A program made the position numbers and the translations under genes. The notes under the pieces were generated by a model, which was given only the letters and a program-made list of their open reading frames with translations, was not told where the DNA came from and ran no database searches. Positions 38,298-48,021 of a DNA stretch of 64,000 bases are shown here, in pieces; position 1 is the first letter of the stretch; every line of letters begins with the position of its first letter. This DNA comes from an uncultured Acidobacteriota bacterium (GTDB lineage Bacteria; Actinomycetota; Acidimicrobiia; Spongiisociales; ZC4RG35): positions 160,001-224,000 of the forward strand of contig CAWHEU010000018.1 of NCBI GenBank assembly GCA_963828465.1, written 5' to 3'.

Positions 38298-40826
38298 TCA
38301 GTTGGCGCTCAGCACTGATTCGACCGCAAACTCACCCTCGGAGTACAGAACCTCCCCGGCTCGAGCTGCCGCCTTCAGGTCGTCCTCCGCCTGTCGGACC
38401 TGCTCGATCGACTCCAGGCCGGCCGAGACCGACACCGAATCCACCTCGGCCCGCATCGAGACCTTGGCATCCGACTTGGCCTTCCGCACCGCGGAAAGGA
38501 CCGCACCGGTCTCAATCAGGACCGCAGGGTCCCCGGAATGAGGCGCAAGTTCCTCGACACTGGGCCAGCCTGCCCGATGAACCGACCCGTCTCTCCACCA
38601 GGACCAGACCTCCTCGGTCACAAAGGGCAAGAAGGGGGCAAAGAGTCGCACATACACCCCCAGCGCCAATTGCAGCGCGGCATGAGCCGATGCGCCCTCG
38701 CTCCCACCCTCGTACGCCCGCCCCTTGACCAGCTCGAGATAGTCGTCGGTCCAGGTCCAGAACGACCGCTCGACGATCTCGAGGGCACGGGCATAATCGA
38801 ACGCTTCGAACGCGTCGGTCGCCCGCTCTACCACCTTGGCAAGGGCGGCCAGCATCGAGCGATCGAGTGGCGCCGATATGGCCGACGGCTCCACATCTTC
38901 GGCGAACCCCAGGGCGAAGCGTGACGCGTTCAGGATCTTCGTGGCGAGACGCCTCCCGATCTTCATGACACCGTGGTCGACGGCGGTGTCGGTGCCGGGA
39001 CGGCCGTTGCAGGACCAGTAACGGACCGCCTCCGCACCGTGCTCTTCGATCAGGTCGTGGGGTGTGATCACGTTTCCCTTGGACTTGGACATCTTCTTTC
39101 TGTCCGGGTCGAGCACCCAGCCATTGATCGTGGCGTGGGCCCATGGCAGGGCATCGTGCTCATAATGCGAGCGGACGATGGTGGAGAAGAGCCACGTGCG
39201 GATGATCTCAGGGCCCTGGGGCCGAAGATCCATCGGGAAGACTCTCGAGAAGAGGTCGGGATCGTCCTCCCAGTGCCCGGCGATCTGGGGGGTGAGAGAC
39301 GACGTGGCCCAGGTGTCCATGATGTCCGGATCCCCCACAAAACCTCCTGATTGGCCCCTCTGCCCCTCATCGAAGCCGGGGGCGGTGGCCGAAGTGGGGT
39401 CCATGGGCAGTGACGCCTCGTCAGGGAGAATCGGGTGGTCGTGGTCGACCGCCCCGTCGGCACTCACCGGGTACCAGACCGGGATGGCTACGCCGAAGAA
39501 CCGCTGCCTCGAGATAAGCCAGTCCCCGGTCAACCCGTTGACCCAGTGCTCGTAACGAACCTGCATGAAGTCCGGCACCCAATCCAGCTCGGAGCCGCGT
39601 TTCAGGAACTGCGAGCGCAGCTCTTGGTCCCGGCCACCGTTGCGGATGTACCACTGCCGGCTGGAGACGATCTCGAGAGGGCGGTCGCCGTTCTCGTAGA
39701 ACTTGACTGGATGGGTGATTGGACGCGGCGGACCATCGAGATCGGCCGACTCGGCGAGGAGCTCCTCCATCCGCTTCTGGGCCTGATTGGGGTAGAGCCC
39801 GGCGATCTGCCGGTAAGCCTCACGACCCGACTCGGAGTCGATCCACTCCGGCACCTCTTGAAGGAGACGGCCCGTCTGCTGGATCAGGGCGCGGGTGGGC
39901 AAATCGAGCTCCCGCCACCACGTCACGTCGGTGGTGTCGCCCCATGTGCAGATCATGGCGATGCCACTCCCCTTCTCCGGGTCCGCCAGATGATGCGACA
40001 CGATCGGAAGCTCGACCTGGAAGAGCGGGGAGCTAACGGTCGTTCCGAAAAGCGCCTGGTAGCGCTCGTCCTCGGGGTGAGCGACCAGGGCGACGCAGGC
40101 GGCGATCAGCTCGGGTCGCGTGGTCTCGATGTAGAGCGGGGAACCGTCCGGTTTCCGGAACGCCACCCGGTAGAAGGCGGCGGGACGTTCCCTGTCTTCC
40201 AGCTCGGCTTGGGCGATCGCCGACTTGAAATCGATATCCCAGAGCACCGGTGCCTCCTGGGAGTAGGCCTCACCCCGGGCCAGGTGGTGAAGGAATGCCT
40301 TCTGGCTGGTGCGCTGGCTATGGGGATCGATGGTGGCATAGCTCTGAGTCCAGTCGACGGACAACCCGAGCGTTCGCCAGAGGTCTTCGAAGACCTTCTC
40401 GTCCTCGGCGGTAAGACCGTGGCACAGCTCTATGAAGTTCCGTCTGCTGATCGAGAGCGGCGGATCGGATGGCTCATCAGGCGGGGTGAAGTCAGGGTCG
40501 TAGGGCAGGGTCGGGTCGCAACGCACCCCGTAGAAGTTCTGCACCCGCCGCTCGGTAGGGAGGCCATTGTCGTCCCATCCCATCGGGTAGAAGACCTCGT
40601 TGCCTTTCATCCGGCGGTACCGGGCATGGGCATCGGTCTGGACGTACCCGAAGACCGATCCCATGTGGAGCGAGCCGGAGACGGTTGGGGGTGGAGTGTC
40701 GATCGAAAAGATCTCTGAGCGCCCCTTGGAGTGATCGAATCGATAGGTGCCCTCGGTCTCCCATCGCTCCATCCATTTGGCCTCGAGCCCTTCGAGGGCC
40801 GGTTTCTCCGGGATGTTCCTGGTCAT
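38298..40826 (-). CDS. valS: valine--tRNA ligase
   Basis: DTPPPTVSGSLHMG, DWLISRQRFFG, MDTWATSS, KMSKS. Confidence 0.96.
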   Translation of the reverse strand: MTRNIPEKPALEGLEAKWMERWETEGTYRFDHSKGRSEIFSIDTPPPTVSGSLHMGSVFGYVQTDAHARYRRMKGNEVFYPMGWDDNGLPTERRVQNFYGVRCDPTLPYDPDFTPPDEPSDPPLSISRRNFIELCHGLTAEDEKVFEDLWRTLGLSVDWTQSYATIDPHSQRTSQKAFLHHLARGEAYSQEAPVLWDIDFKSAIAQAELEDRERPAAFYRVAFRKPDGSPLYIETTRPELIAACVALVAHPEDERYQALFGTTVSSPLFQVELPIVSHHLADPEKGSGIAMICTWGDTTDVTWWRELDLPTRALIQQTGRLLQEVPEWIDSESGREAYRQIAGLYPNQAQKRMEELLAESADLDGPPRPITHPVKFYENGDRPLEIVSSRQWYIRNGGRDQELRSQFLKRGSELDWVPDFMQVRYEHWVNGLTGDWLISRQRFFGVAIPVWYPVSADGAVDHDHPILPDEASLPMDPTSATAPGFDEGQRGQSGGFVGDPDIMDTWATSSLTPQIAGHWEDDPDLFSRVFPMDLRPQGPEIIRTWLFSTIVRSHYEHDALPWAHATINGWVLDPDRKKMSKSKGNVITPHDLIEEHGAEAVRYWSCNGRPGTDTAVDHGVMKIGRRLATKILNASRFALGFAEDVEPSAISAPLDRSMLAALAKVVERATDAFEAFDYARALEIVERSFWTWTDDYLELVKGRAYEGGSEGASAHAALQLALGVYVRLFAPFLPFVTEEVWSWWRDGSVHRAGWPSVEELAPHSGDPAVLIETGAVLSAVRKAKSDAKVSMRAEVDSVSVSAGLESIEQVRQAEDDLKAAARAGEVLYSEGEFAVESVLSAN

Positions 40827-40918
40827 CGGGCGGTGAGGGTACCGGCCCAGGATCACGAATCCGCACTGAGAAAGGCGGTCGTAACGCTCCCGGAACCCTG
40901 TCGAAGTAGCTTTGTGAC

Positions 40919-42076
40919 GTGAACGAGCCGGTACCCAATGCGGTCTGGCATCGACGGCTGGCGATCGCCGCCGCCGCCCTGATTGCGGCCTTCTATCTCG
41001 GCTCGTTGTTCCTTTTCGGGAACACGGGGCCGTGGGGATGGGGCGACCTTCTGGGTTTCTCCCTTTGGATCTCGTTGTTCACCGTGGTCGGCGTGATCAT
41101 CGCCTTTCATCGACCGGGAAACCGGATCGCGTGGATCTGTCTCGGATTCAGTGGCGTTTGGGCTATTTGGATCTTCCTCGAAGGAGTCCTCGCGTATGAA
41201 TCCGCTAATCCCGGCTCCTTGAGCCGACCGGACCTGATCGTCGCATTGGCCTATCCGTTGTGGGTCCCAGGAGTAGGTCTGATCGGCTTTCTTCTCTTGT
41301 TGTTCCCCGACGGGCACCTTCCCTCGCCTCGCTGGCGGACTGTCGCATGGCTGCTCGGCGGCGACATTGCGCTCCTCACCCTCACCGGTTTCTTCCTTCC
41401 GGGAGTGGTCCAGGAGACGGAGTATGTGAACCCGCTGGGCATTGAAGCGTTGGAGACGTTCGATCAAGGGATACCCGGTTTCACCCTTGTGGTGATCCTC
41501 GTCTTGTGCATCGCGGCTGCGGCCGTCTCCGTTGTCATCCGCTATCGAACGGCGGTCGGGACCGAGCGCCTGCAACTCAAATGGATGATGGCGGCAGGTG
41601 TGGTGGCCGCAGGCGCCTATGCCCTCCTGTTCATATGGGACGACTTCAACATCCAACTCGTGTGGGCACTGATCCCGTTCGCCATCGGGATGTCCATGCA
41701 CCGGCACCACCTATATGAGATCGACCGACTGATCAGCCGGACCATCGTCTACGCGGTCGTGGTCGGGGCCTTGGCAATCGTGTTCGCCTCGGTCATCTTC
41801 GTCCTTCAGGAGGTGTCGCCGTTCCAGGAAGATTTGGCGGTGGCTGCATCGACTCTGGCGGCGGCCGCGGCTTTCAGCCCGGTTCGAAACAGGGTTCAGA
41901 AGCGGGTGGACCGCCGATTCAACCGGTCCCGCTACGACGCCGAGCGAGTCTCCGTCGAGTTCGCCAACGGTCTGCGCGACGAGACCGACTCCGGCCAGAT
42001 CGTGGACGGCTGGGCGGGCGTGGTGACCCGGACCATGCAGCCCACGAGCATGGGCATCTGGCTGAAGCCAGACTGA
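40919..42076 (+). CDS. multi-pass membrane protein resembling a sensor N-terminal region
   Basis: RPGNRIAW, LFPDGHLPSPRWR, LYEIDRLISRT, VDRRFNRSRYDA; no kinase domain follows. Confidence 0.75.
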   Translation: MNEPVPNAVWHRRLAIAAAALIAAFYLGSLFLFGNTGPWGWGDLLGFSLWISLFTVVGVIIAFHRPGNRIAWICLGFSGVWAIWIFLEGVLAYESANPGSLSRPDLIVALAYPLWVPGVGLIGFLLLLFPDGHLPSPRWRTVAWLLGGDIALLTLTGFFLPGVVQETEYVNPLGIEALETFDQGIPGFTLVVILVLCIAAAAVSVVIRYRTAVGTERLQLKWMMAAGVVAAGAYALLFIWDDFNIQLVWALIPFAIGMSMHRHHLYEIDRLISRTIVYAVVVGALAIVFASVIFVLQEVSPFQEDLAVAASTLAAAAAFSPVRNRVQKRVDRRFNRSRYDAERVSVEFANGLRDETDSGQIVDGWAGVVTRTMQPTSMGIWLKPD

Positions 42077-42117
42077 GAGTTGTCATCTCCTGTCAGACGC
42101 GTATGCTCGTGGACGAA

Positions 42118-42174
42118 ATGAACCGGCTCTTCGCCCACGGCCATCATCACCATCACCCTTCATGGGTCGGATGA
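42118..42174 (+). CDS. his operon leader peptide
   Basis: MNRLFAHGHHHHHPSWVG* (alternative in-frame ATG at 42103), directly upstream of hisG. Confidence 0.85.
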   Translation: MNRLFAHGHHHHHPSWVG

Positions 42175-42205
42175 CGATGGGCTGAGGCCGAGAAGCCACC
42201 AACGC

Positions 42206-42239
42206 AAACGCCGACCCAAGCGGTCGGCGTTTCTCGTTT
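42206..42239 (+). terminator. attenuator terminator hairpin
   Basis: aaacgccgacc-caagc-ggtcggcgttt followed by a T-rich tract; competing pairing tgggtcgg (42163) with ccgaccca (42211). Confidence 0.8.
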
Positions 42240-42282
42240 ACGAGGGCGATATCCCGGCCGCACGGCGGGAAGGAACCCCGAC

Positions 42283-43152
42283 ATGAGCACCGAGCCGACG
42301 ATCCACCTGGCCCTCCCCAAGGGGCGAATGGAGACAGGTGTCTTCAACCTGCTCTCCGCCGCCGGCATCGAGCTGCACGTCGGACAACGGGGTTACCGAC
42401 CGGTGCTCTCCGAGCCCGGGTTCGAGGTGAAGCTCCTCAAACCACAGAACATCGTCGAGATGCTGGCGGTCGGGACCCGCGACATCGGTTTCGCCGGCGC
42501 CGACTGGGTGGCGGAGCAGCAAGCTGATTTGGTCGAGCTGCTCGACACCGGTCTCGACCCGGTTCGCATCGTGGCCGCCGCCTCGGAGAGCCTGCTCGAT
42601 GAGAGCGGCAATCTCCCGAATCGAAGACTCGTCGTGGCCAGTGAGTACGAGCGACTCACCCGGTCATGGATCGCCGATCGACAACTCGATGCCTCGTTTT
42701 TGCGCTCATACGGGGCAACGGAGGTCTTCCCGCCCGAGGACGCCGACGTCATCGTCGACAACACCGCCACCGGGGAGACCCTGGCCGCCAACGGGTTGGC
42801 CGTGGTCGATGAGCTGATGCCGTCTTCGACTCGCTTCTACGCGAGTCAGGGCGCCGTCGCCGACCCCGACAAGAAGAGCGCGATCGACGGGCTGGTGTTG
42901 AGCCTGCGCTCGGTGCTCGACGCGCGGAAGAGAGTCATGCTCGAGCTCAACGTGTCGCTCACTGACCTCGACGCCGTCATCGACGCATTGCCCGCCATGC
43001 GCGAGCCCACCGTGGCCACACTCCATGGTGGTGCCGGCATGGCGGTAAAGGCGGCCGTGCCCCGAAACGAGCTCCCCCGCCTGATCCCCCGGTTGAGGCA
43101 ACTCGGCGCCACTGACATCGCAGTCTCGAAGCTGGAGCAAATCGTCCCATGA
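42283..43152 (+). CDS. hisG: ATP phosphoribosyltransferase (long form)
   Basis: LALPKGR, DIGFAGADW, SYGATE, TGETLAANGL, C-terminal regulatory domain. Confidence 0.95.
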   Translation: MSTEPTIHLALPKGRMETGVFNLLSAAGIELHVGQRGYRPVLSEPGFEVKLLKPQNIVEMLAVGTRDIGFAGADWVAEQQADLVELLDTGLDPVRIVAAASESLLDESGNLPNRRLVVASEYERLTRSWIADRQLDASFLRSYGATEVFPPEDADVIVDNTATGETLAANGLAVVDELMPSSTRFYASQGAVADPDKKSAIDGLVLSLRSVLDARKRVMLELNVSLTDLDAVIDALPAMREPTVATLHGGAGMAVKAAVPRNELPRLIPRLRQLGATDIAVSKLEQIVP

Positions 43153-44821
43153 GCTCACCCGCTACCTATCTCCCGCCGGGCTTCGCCGTGCCCATCGATC
43201 TCGACCTCTCCAAGAACGAGGGGCGAAGCCGGGCTGAAGAGCTACTCGACGCGATAGACGACCCGCGGCGATTGGTCGGCCGTTACCCGGACACATCTCC
43301 CCTTCGCGCCCGGCTTGCCGCCCTGCACGAGGTATCCGAGGATCGCGTTCTGGTGACAGCCGGGGGCGATGATGCCCTTTCCCGTTGTTTTCTCGCCCGA
43401 GTCTCCGAGGGCGGCGAGGTGGTCAGCACCTATCCCACATTCGAGATGATTCCGCGCTACTCCGAGCAACGAGGGGCGAGGTTGTCGGAAGTGCCCTGGT
43501 GGACCGGCCCGTTCCCTGTGGATGAGGTATTGGCGGCTATCGGGGACGACACCGATGTCGTCTTCATCGTCTCGCCCAACAACCCGACGGGTGGTGTGGC
43601 GACCGAGATCGACCTCCTCAAGGTGGCCGGTGAAGCGCGATTGCTCGTTCTCGACGCCGCATATGTGGAGTTCGCCGAGTCCGACCCGACGCCCGCACTG
43701 CTCGAGCTGGACAACGTGGTCGTGACCCGGACCATGTCGAAGGCTTACGGGCTCGCTGGTCTCAGGGTCGGGTATCTGCTGGGGTCCCCGGAGCTCGTCG
43801 CGGCCATCGGGGCCTTCGGCAACCCGTACCCGGTCTCTGCACTCTCTGCCGCCCTGGCCGAGACCCGGCTGGACCGTCCCCTCTTGGAGCTGACGACATT
43901 CGTCGACGAAGTGAAGAGGGAACGGGTCGTCCTGACCGGCACCCTGACCGGTGTCGGCGCTCGCCCGCTCCCATCCGAGGGGAATTTCGTCCTCGCCGAA
44001 TGCGACGACGCCGACTGGGTGGTATCTGCTGCTGCCTCACTTGGCGTCGGATTGCGCCGATTCCCGAGCCGGCCCGGGCTCGAGTCGGCGGTCAGGATCA
44101 CCGTCCCCGGCGACGCCGAGGATTTCGACCGGCTGGTGACGACCCTCGGCTCGGTGTTCGACCCGCAGGCGATCATCTTCGATCTCGATGGGGTGATCGC
44201 CGATGTCAGCGGCTCCCAGATCCACGCCATCATCGAGACGGCCCGTAGCTTCGGTGTAGAAATCGCGCCCTCTGACATCGAAGCGGCCAAGACCGATGGC
44301 AACAGCAACGACGACTGGGAGCTGACCCGACGTTGTGTCTCGATCGGGGCGTGGACGCCCCGATCGAGGTGGTGACTGAGCGGTTCGAGAGCCTCTATCA
44401 AGGGAGTGGATCCGAGCCCGGGCTCAAGCTGGCGGAGACATCGCTGGTTGATACCGGGACCTGGCAACGGTGGGCCGCTAGGAGGCATCTAGGCATCGTC
44501 ACCGGGCGCCCTCGCTCCGATGCGGTCGAGTTCCTCGAGCGTTTCGGCCTCACCGAAGGGCTCGCTGCCCTGGTGACACGGGAGGATGCCCCGCTCAAAC
44601 CTGACCCGGCGCCGGTGCTGAAGGCTCTCGAGATCATGGGAGTGAACCGGGCCTGGATGCTCGGGGATACGCCCGACGATCTGGCGGCGGCACGGGGAGC
44701 CGGAGTTGTGCCCATCGGGGTCATCGCACCGGGCGACGACCCAACACGAGCCAGGGAACGCCTGCGGCCCGCGGCCCGAATTCTCGACAAGACGATCGAC
44801 CTGGAGGAGATGCTGCCATGA
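43149..44821 (+). CDS. hisC: histidinol-phosphate aminotransferase fused to a HAD phosphatase; frameshift near 44335
   Basis: [26 protein letters not shown], then in-frame IFDLDGVI; after the shift VTGR, LKPDP, GDTPDD. Confidence 0.88.
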
Positions 44822-45402
44822 CACGACGATCAGAGATCCAACGTGAAACCACCGAGGTCACCATTCGTGGCCACCTCGACATCGACGGGACCGGTGCCTC
44901 AGACATCAAGACGGGACTTGGCTTTCTCGACCACATGCTGGCGGCCCTGGCAAAGCACGGGCGATTCGATCTGACCCTCACCGCCACCGGCGATACCGAC
45001 GTGGACGACCACCACACAGTCGAGGACTGCGGCATCGTCCTCGGGCGCGCCTTCGACGAGGCACTCGGGGATCGCACCGGCATCGCCCGTTTCGGATATG
45101 GCTATGCCCCACTCGACGAGTCGCTGAGCCGGGCGGTCGTCGACCTCTCCGGACGCCCCTGGCCCGAGGTGTCGATCGATTTCACCCGGGAAACCATCGG
45201 CGACGTTGCCACCGAGAACATCATCCACTTCCTCAGGTCATTCGCCATCGAGGGTCGGATGGCGCTTCACGTCGACCTGTTGCGCGGAGACAACGACCAC
45301 CACAAGGCCGAGTCGGCGTTCAAGGCACTGGCGGTCGCCCTTCGAGCAGCGGTGGCCGCCGACGGCGACAGTGTGCCCAGCACCAAGGGAACGCTGACTT
45401 GA
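44818..45402 (+). CDS. hisB: imidazoleglycerol-phosphate dehydratase
   Basis: [31 protein letters not shown]. Confidence 0.96.
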   Translation: MTRRSEIQRETTEVTIRGHLDIDGTGASDIKTGLGFLDHMLAALAKHGRFDLTLTATGDTDVDDHHTVEDCGIVLGRAFDEALGDRTGIARFGYGYAPLDESLSRAVVDLSGRPWPEVSIDFTRETIGDVATENIIHFLRSFAIEGRMALHVDLLRGDNDHHKAESAFKALAVALRAAVAADGDSVPSTKGTLT

Positions 45403-46007
45403 GACTGGTGACCATCGTCCCCACCGGGACGGCCAACACCGCTTCTGTCGTCGCTGCGCTGACCCGCCTCGGGGCGGCGGTCGAAGAGGCGGCTTCGGCC
45501 GGCGACGTCGAGTCCTCTCCGGGCGTGGTCCTCCCCGGGGTGGGCGCCTTCGGGTCCGCCATGGGCAGGATCGACTCCCTGGGTCTCGCCGCCGCGATTC
45601 GGGGAAGGATCGAAGTCAATCGACCCACCCTTGCAGTGTGCGTCGGGATGCAACTCCTCAGCCGGCACAGCGAGGAGAGCCCGGGAGCCACCGGGCTGAA
45701 GGTGCTCGAAGAGACGGTGGGCCGTTTTGGTGACGGAGTGACGGTGCCCCAGATGGGTTGGAACCGCGTCGAGCCCGGCCCCGGATCCCGGTTTGTCGAG
45801 TCGGGCTGGGCCTACTTCGCCAACTCTTATCGGATCGACCGGCTCCCCGAGGGATGGGTTGGCAGCAGCACCGACCACGGTGGCGAGTTCGTCTCCGCAC
45901 TGGAGAAAGGTGATGTCCTCGCCTGTCAGTTCCACCCCGAGCTCTCCGGTGAATGGGGCGCCCGCCTCCTCGACCGCTGGCTCCAAAGAGTGGAGACGGC
46001 GGCATGA
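45399..46007 (+). CDS. hisH: IGP synthase glutaminase subunit
   Basis: [25 protein letters not shown]. Confidence 0.94.
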   Translation: MRLVTIVPTGTANTASVVAALTRLGAAVEEAASAGDVESSPGVVLPGVGAFGSAMGRIDSLGLAAAIRGRIEVNRPTLAVCVGMQLLSRHSEESPGATGLKVLEETVGRFGDGVTVPQMGWNRVEPGPGSRFVESGWAYFANSYRIDRLPEGWVGSSTDHGGEFVSALEKGDVLACQFHPELSGEWGARLLDRWLQRVETAA

Positions 46008-46759
46008 CTCTGGCATCACGCGTCATTCCGTGTCTCGACATCAAAGACGGGCGTGTCGTCAAGGGGATCAAGTTCCAGGGTTTGCGGGACGCAGGCGATC
46101 CGGTCGAATGCGCCGGCCTGTACGAGCGCCAGGGCGCCGATGAGATCGTGCTCCTGGATGTGTCGGCCACGCCCGAGGGCAGGGGCCACGCGCTGGAAAC
46201 GGTGCAGGCAGTCCGCTCCGTGCTCTCCGTCCCCCTGGCGGTCGGCGGAGGGGTGAAATCGCCCGACGATGCCGGCCGTCTGCTCGAGGCTGGCGCCGAC
46301 AAGGTTGGGGTCAACACAGCTGCCGTGTCACGGCCCGGGCTCATCGGTGAGATTGCGGAGAGATTCGGGACCCAGTGCACTGTGCTGGCCGTCGACGCCG
46401 CCGCCGGCGAAGCGGGCTGGGAAGTGGTGGTGGAGAGCGGCAGGAAGAGGACCGGGCTCGATGTCGTCGAGTGGTGCCGAAAGGCGGTGGCGATCGGTGC
46501 CGGCGAGATCCTCCTCACGAGTTGGGACCGCGATGGGACCAGATCGGGCTACGACCTCGACCTGATCACGTCGGTCTCGTCTGTGGTGACCGTCCCCGTG
46601 ATCGCCTCGGGTGGCGCCGACCGGCCGGGCCATCTGGTCGCGGCGATCGAGGCAGGAGCCTCGGCTGCACTGATCGCCTCGATCCTTCATGACGGCGACA
46701 CGACGGTGGGAGAACTGAAAGCGGCGTTGCGTGAGGCCGGGATAGTGGTGCGGCCGTGA
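46004..46759 (+). CDS. hisF: IGP synthase cyclase subunit
   Basis: RVIPCLD..GRVVKG, GEILLTSWDRDGT, VIASGGA. Confidence 0.96.
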   Translation: MTLASRVIPCLDIKDGRVVKGIKFQGLRDAGDPVECAGLYERQGADEIVLLDVSATPEGRGHALETVQAVRSVLSVPLAVGGGVKSPDDAGRLLEAGADKVGVNTAAVSRPGLIGEIAERFGTQCTVLAVDAAAGEAGWEVVVESGRKRTGLDVVEWCRKAVAIGAGEILLTSWDRDGTRSGYDLDLITSVSSVVTVPVIASGGADRPGHLVAAIEAGASAALIASILHDGDTTVGELKAALREAGIVVRP

Positions 46760-48021
46760 TCATCCCATCCATCGATATATCCGGCGGCCAGGCGGTCCAA
46801 CTGGTGGGTGGCGAGACGCCGGCCATCGAGGCCGGTGACCCACTCCCCATCCTGGAGCGCTTCGGCCTAGTCGGCGAGGTCGCGGTGGTCGATATCGATG
46901 CCGCTCGTGGCGAAGGCGACAACGCTGAGCAGATCACCGAGCTGTGCCGCCGGGGCCGTATCCGGGTAGGGGGCGGGATTCGGGACCTGGCCGCGGCCAG
47001 GCGATGGCTGGACCTGGGCGCTGAGAAGATCGTGATCGGGACCGCGGCAACACCGGACCTGCTCGGCGAGCTGCCCCGCGACCGTGTGGTCGTCGCGCTC
47101 GACTCGCGAGATGGCGAGGTGTTGATCCATGGATGGCGACAGGGGACGGGGACCGGCGTGTTGGAGCGAGTCCAGCAACTGAGGGGGCTCTGCGGTGGGT
47201 TCCTGATCACCTTTGTCGAGCGGGAAGGCCAGCTGGCCGGGACCGACATCGATCGGGCCGCGACGGTGATCCAGGCTGCGTCACCGGCGAGAGTCACAAT
47301 CGCAGGAGGCATCACCACCCCCGAGGAGGTGGCCGAGCTCGACCGGATGGGCGCCGACGCGCAGGTGGGCATGGCCCTGTATGGCGGGCAGCTCACCCTG
47401 GCTGGATCACTCGCCGCAATGATGCATTCCGACCGCCCCGACGGCCTATGGCCAACAGTCGTGGTCGACGAGCTGGGGACCGCCCTGGGGCTCGTCTATT
47501 CCAGTTCGGAGAGCCTGGACCGGGCGTTGGAGAAGCGGCAGGGCATCTATCACAGCCGCACACGCGGCATCTGGGTCAAGGGTGAGACGTCAGGCGCCAC
47601 CCAGGACCTCCTGGCGGTTGACATCGACTGTGATCGGGACACGCTGCGCTTCACCGTCAGGCAGAGCGAGCCAGGGTTCTGCCACACCAGCGACCGATCC
47701 TGTTGGGGTGAGGACTACGGCGTGGGGCGGCTGGCGAGACGTCTCGGGCAAATCGCCCTCTCCGATGACTCCGAATCGAACACACGAAAGCTCTTCGACG
47801 ATCCAGACCTGCTCGCAGACAAGTTGAATGAAGAGGCTGCGGAGTTGGGAGCGGCTCAAACCACGGAAGGTGTGATCCACGAGGCCGCCGACCTCCTCTA
47901 TTTCCTCCTGGTGAGGGCTCGTGCCGCAGGTGTGGGTCTCGATGAAGTGGCCAGGGAGCTCGACCGGCGGGAGCGCCGAGCCACCCGTCGGCCGATGACG
48001 ACGAAGGAGAGTCTGCCATGA
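46756..48021 (+). CDS. hisA: HisA-HisI-HisE fusion protein
   Basis: IIPSIDISGGQAVQL, VGGGIR; HSRTRGIWVKGETSG, DCDRD, FCH..CW; KLNEEAAE, EAADLLY. Confidence 0.9.
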   Translation: MIIPSIDISGGQAVQLVGGETPAIEAGDPLPILERFGLVGEVAVVDIDAARGEGDNAEQITELCRRGRIRVGGGIRDLAAARRWLDLGAEKIVIGTAATPDLLGELPRDRVVVALDSRDGEVLIHGWRQGTGTGVLERVQQLRGLCGGFLITFVEREGQLAGTDIDRAATVIQAASPARVTIAGGITTPEEVAELDRMGADAQVGMALYGGQLTLAGSLAAMMHSDRPDGLWPTVVVDELGTALGLVYSSSESLDRALEKRQGIYHSRTRGIWVKGETSGATQDLLAVDIDCDRDTLRFTVRQSEPGFCHTSDRSCWGEDYGVGRLARRLGQIALSDDSESNTRKLFDDPDLLADKLNEEAAELGAAQTTEGVIHEAADLLYFLLVRARAAGVGLDEVARELDRRERRATRRPMTTKESLP

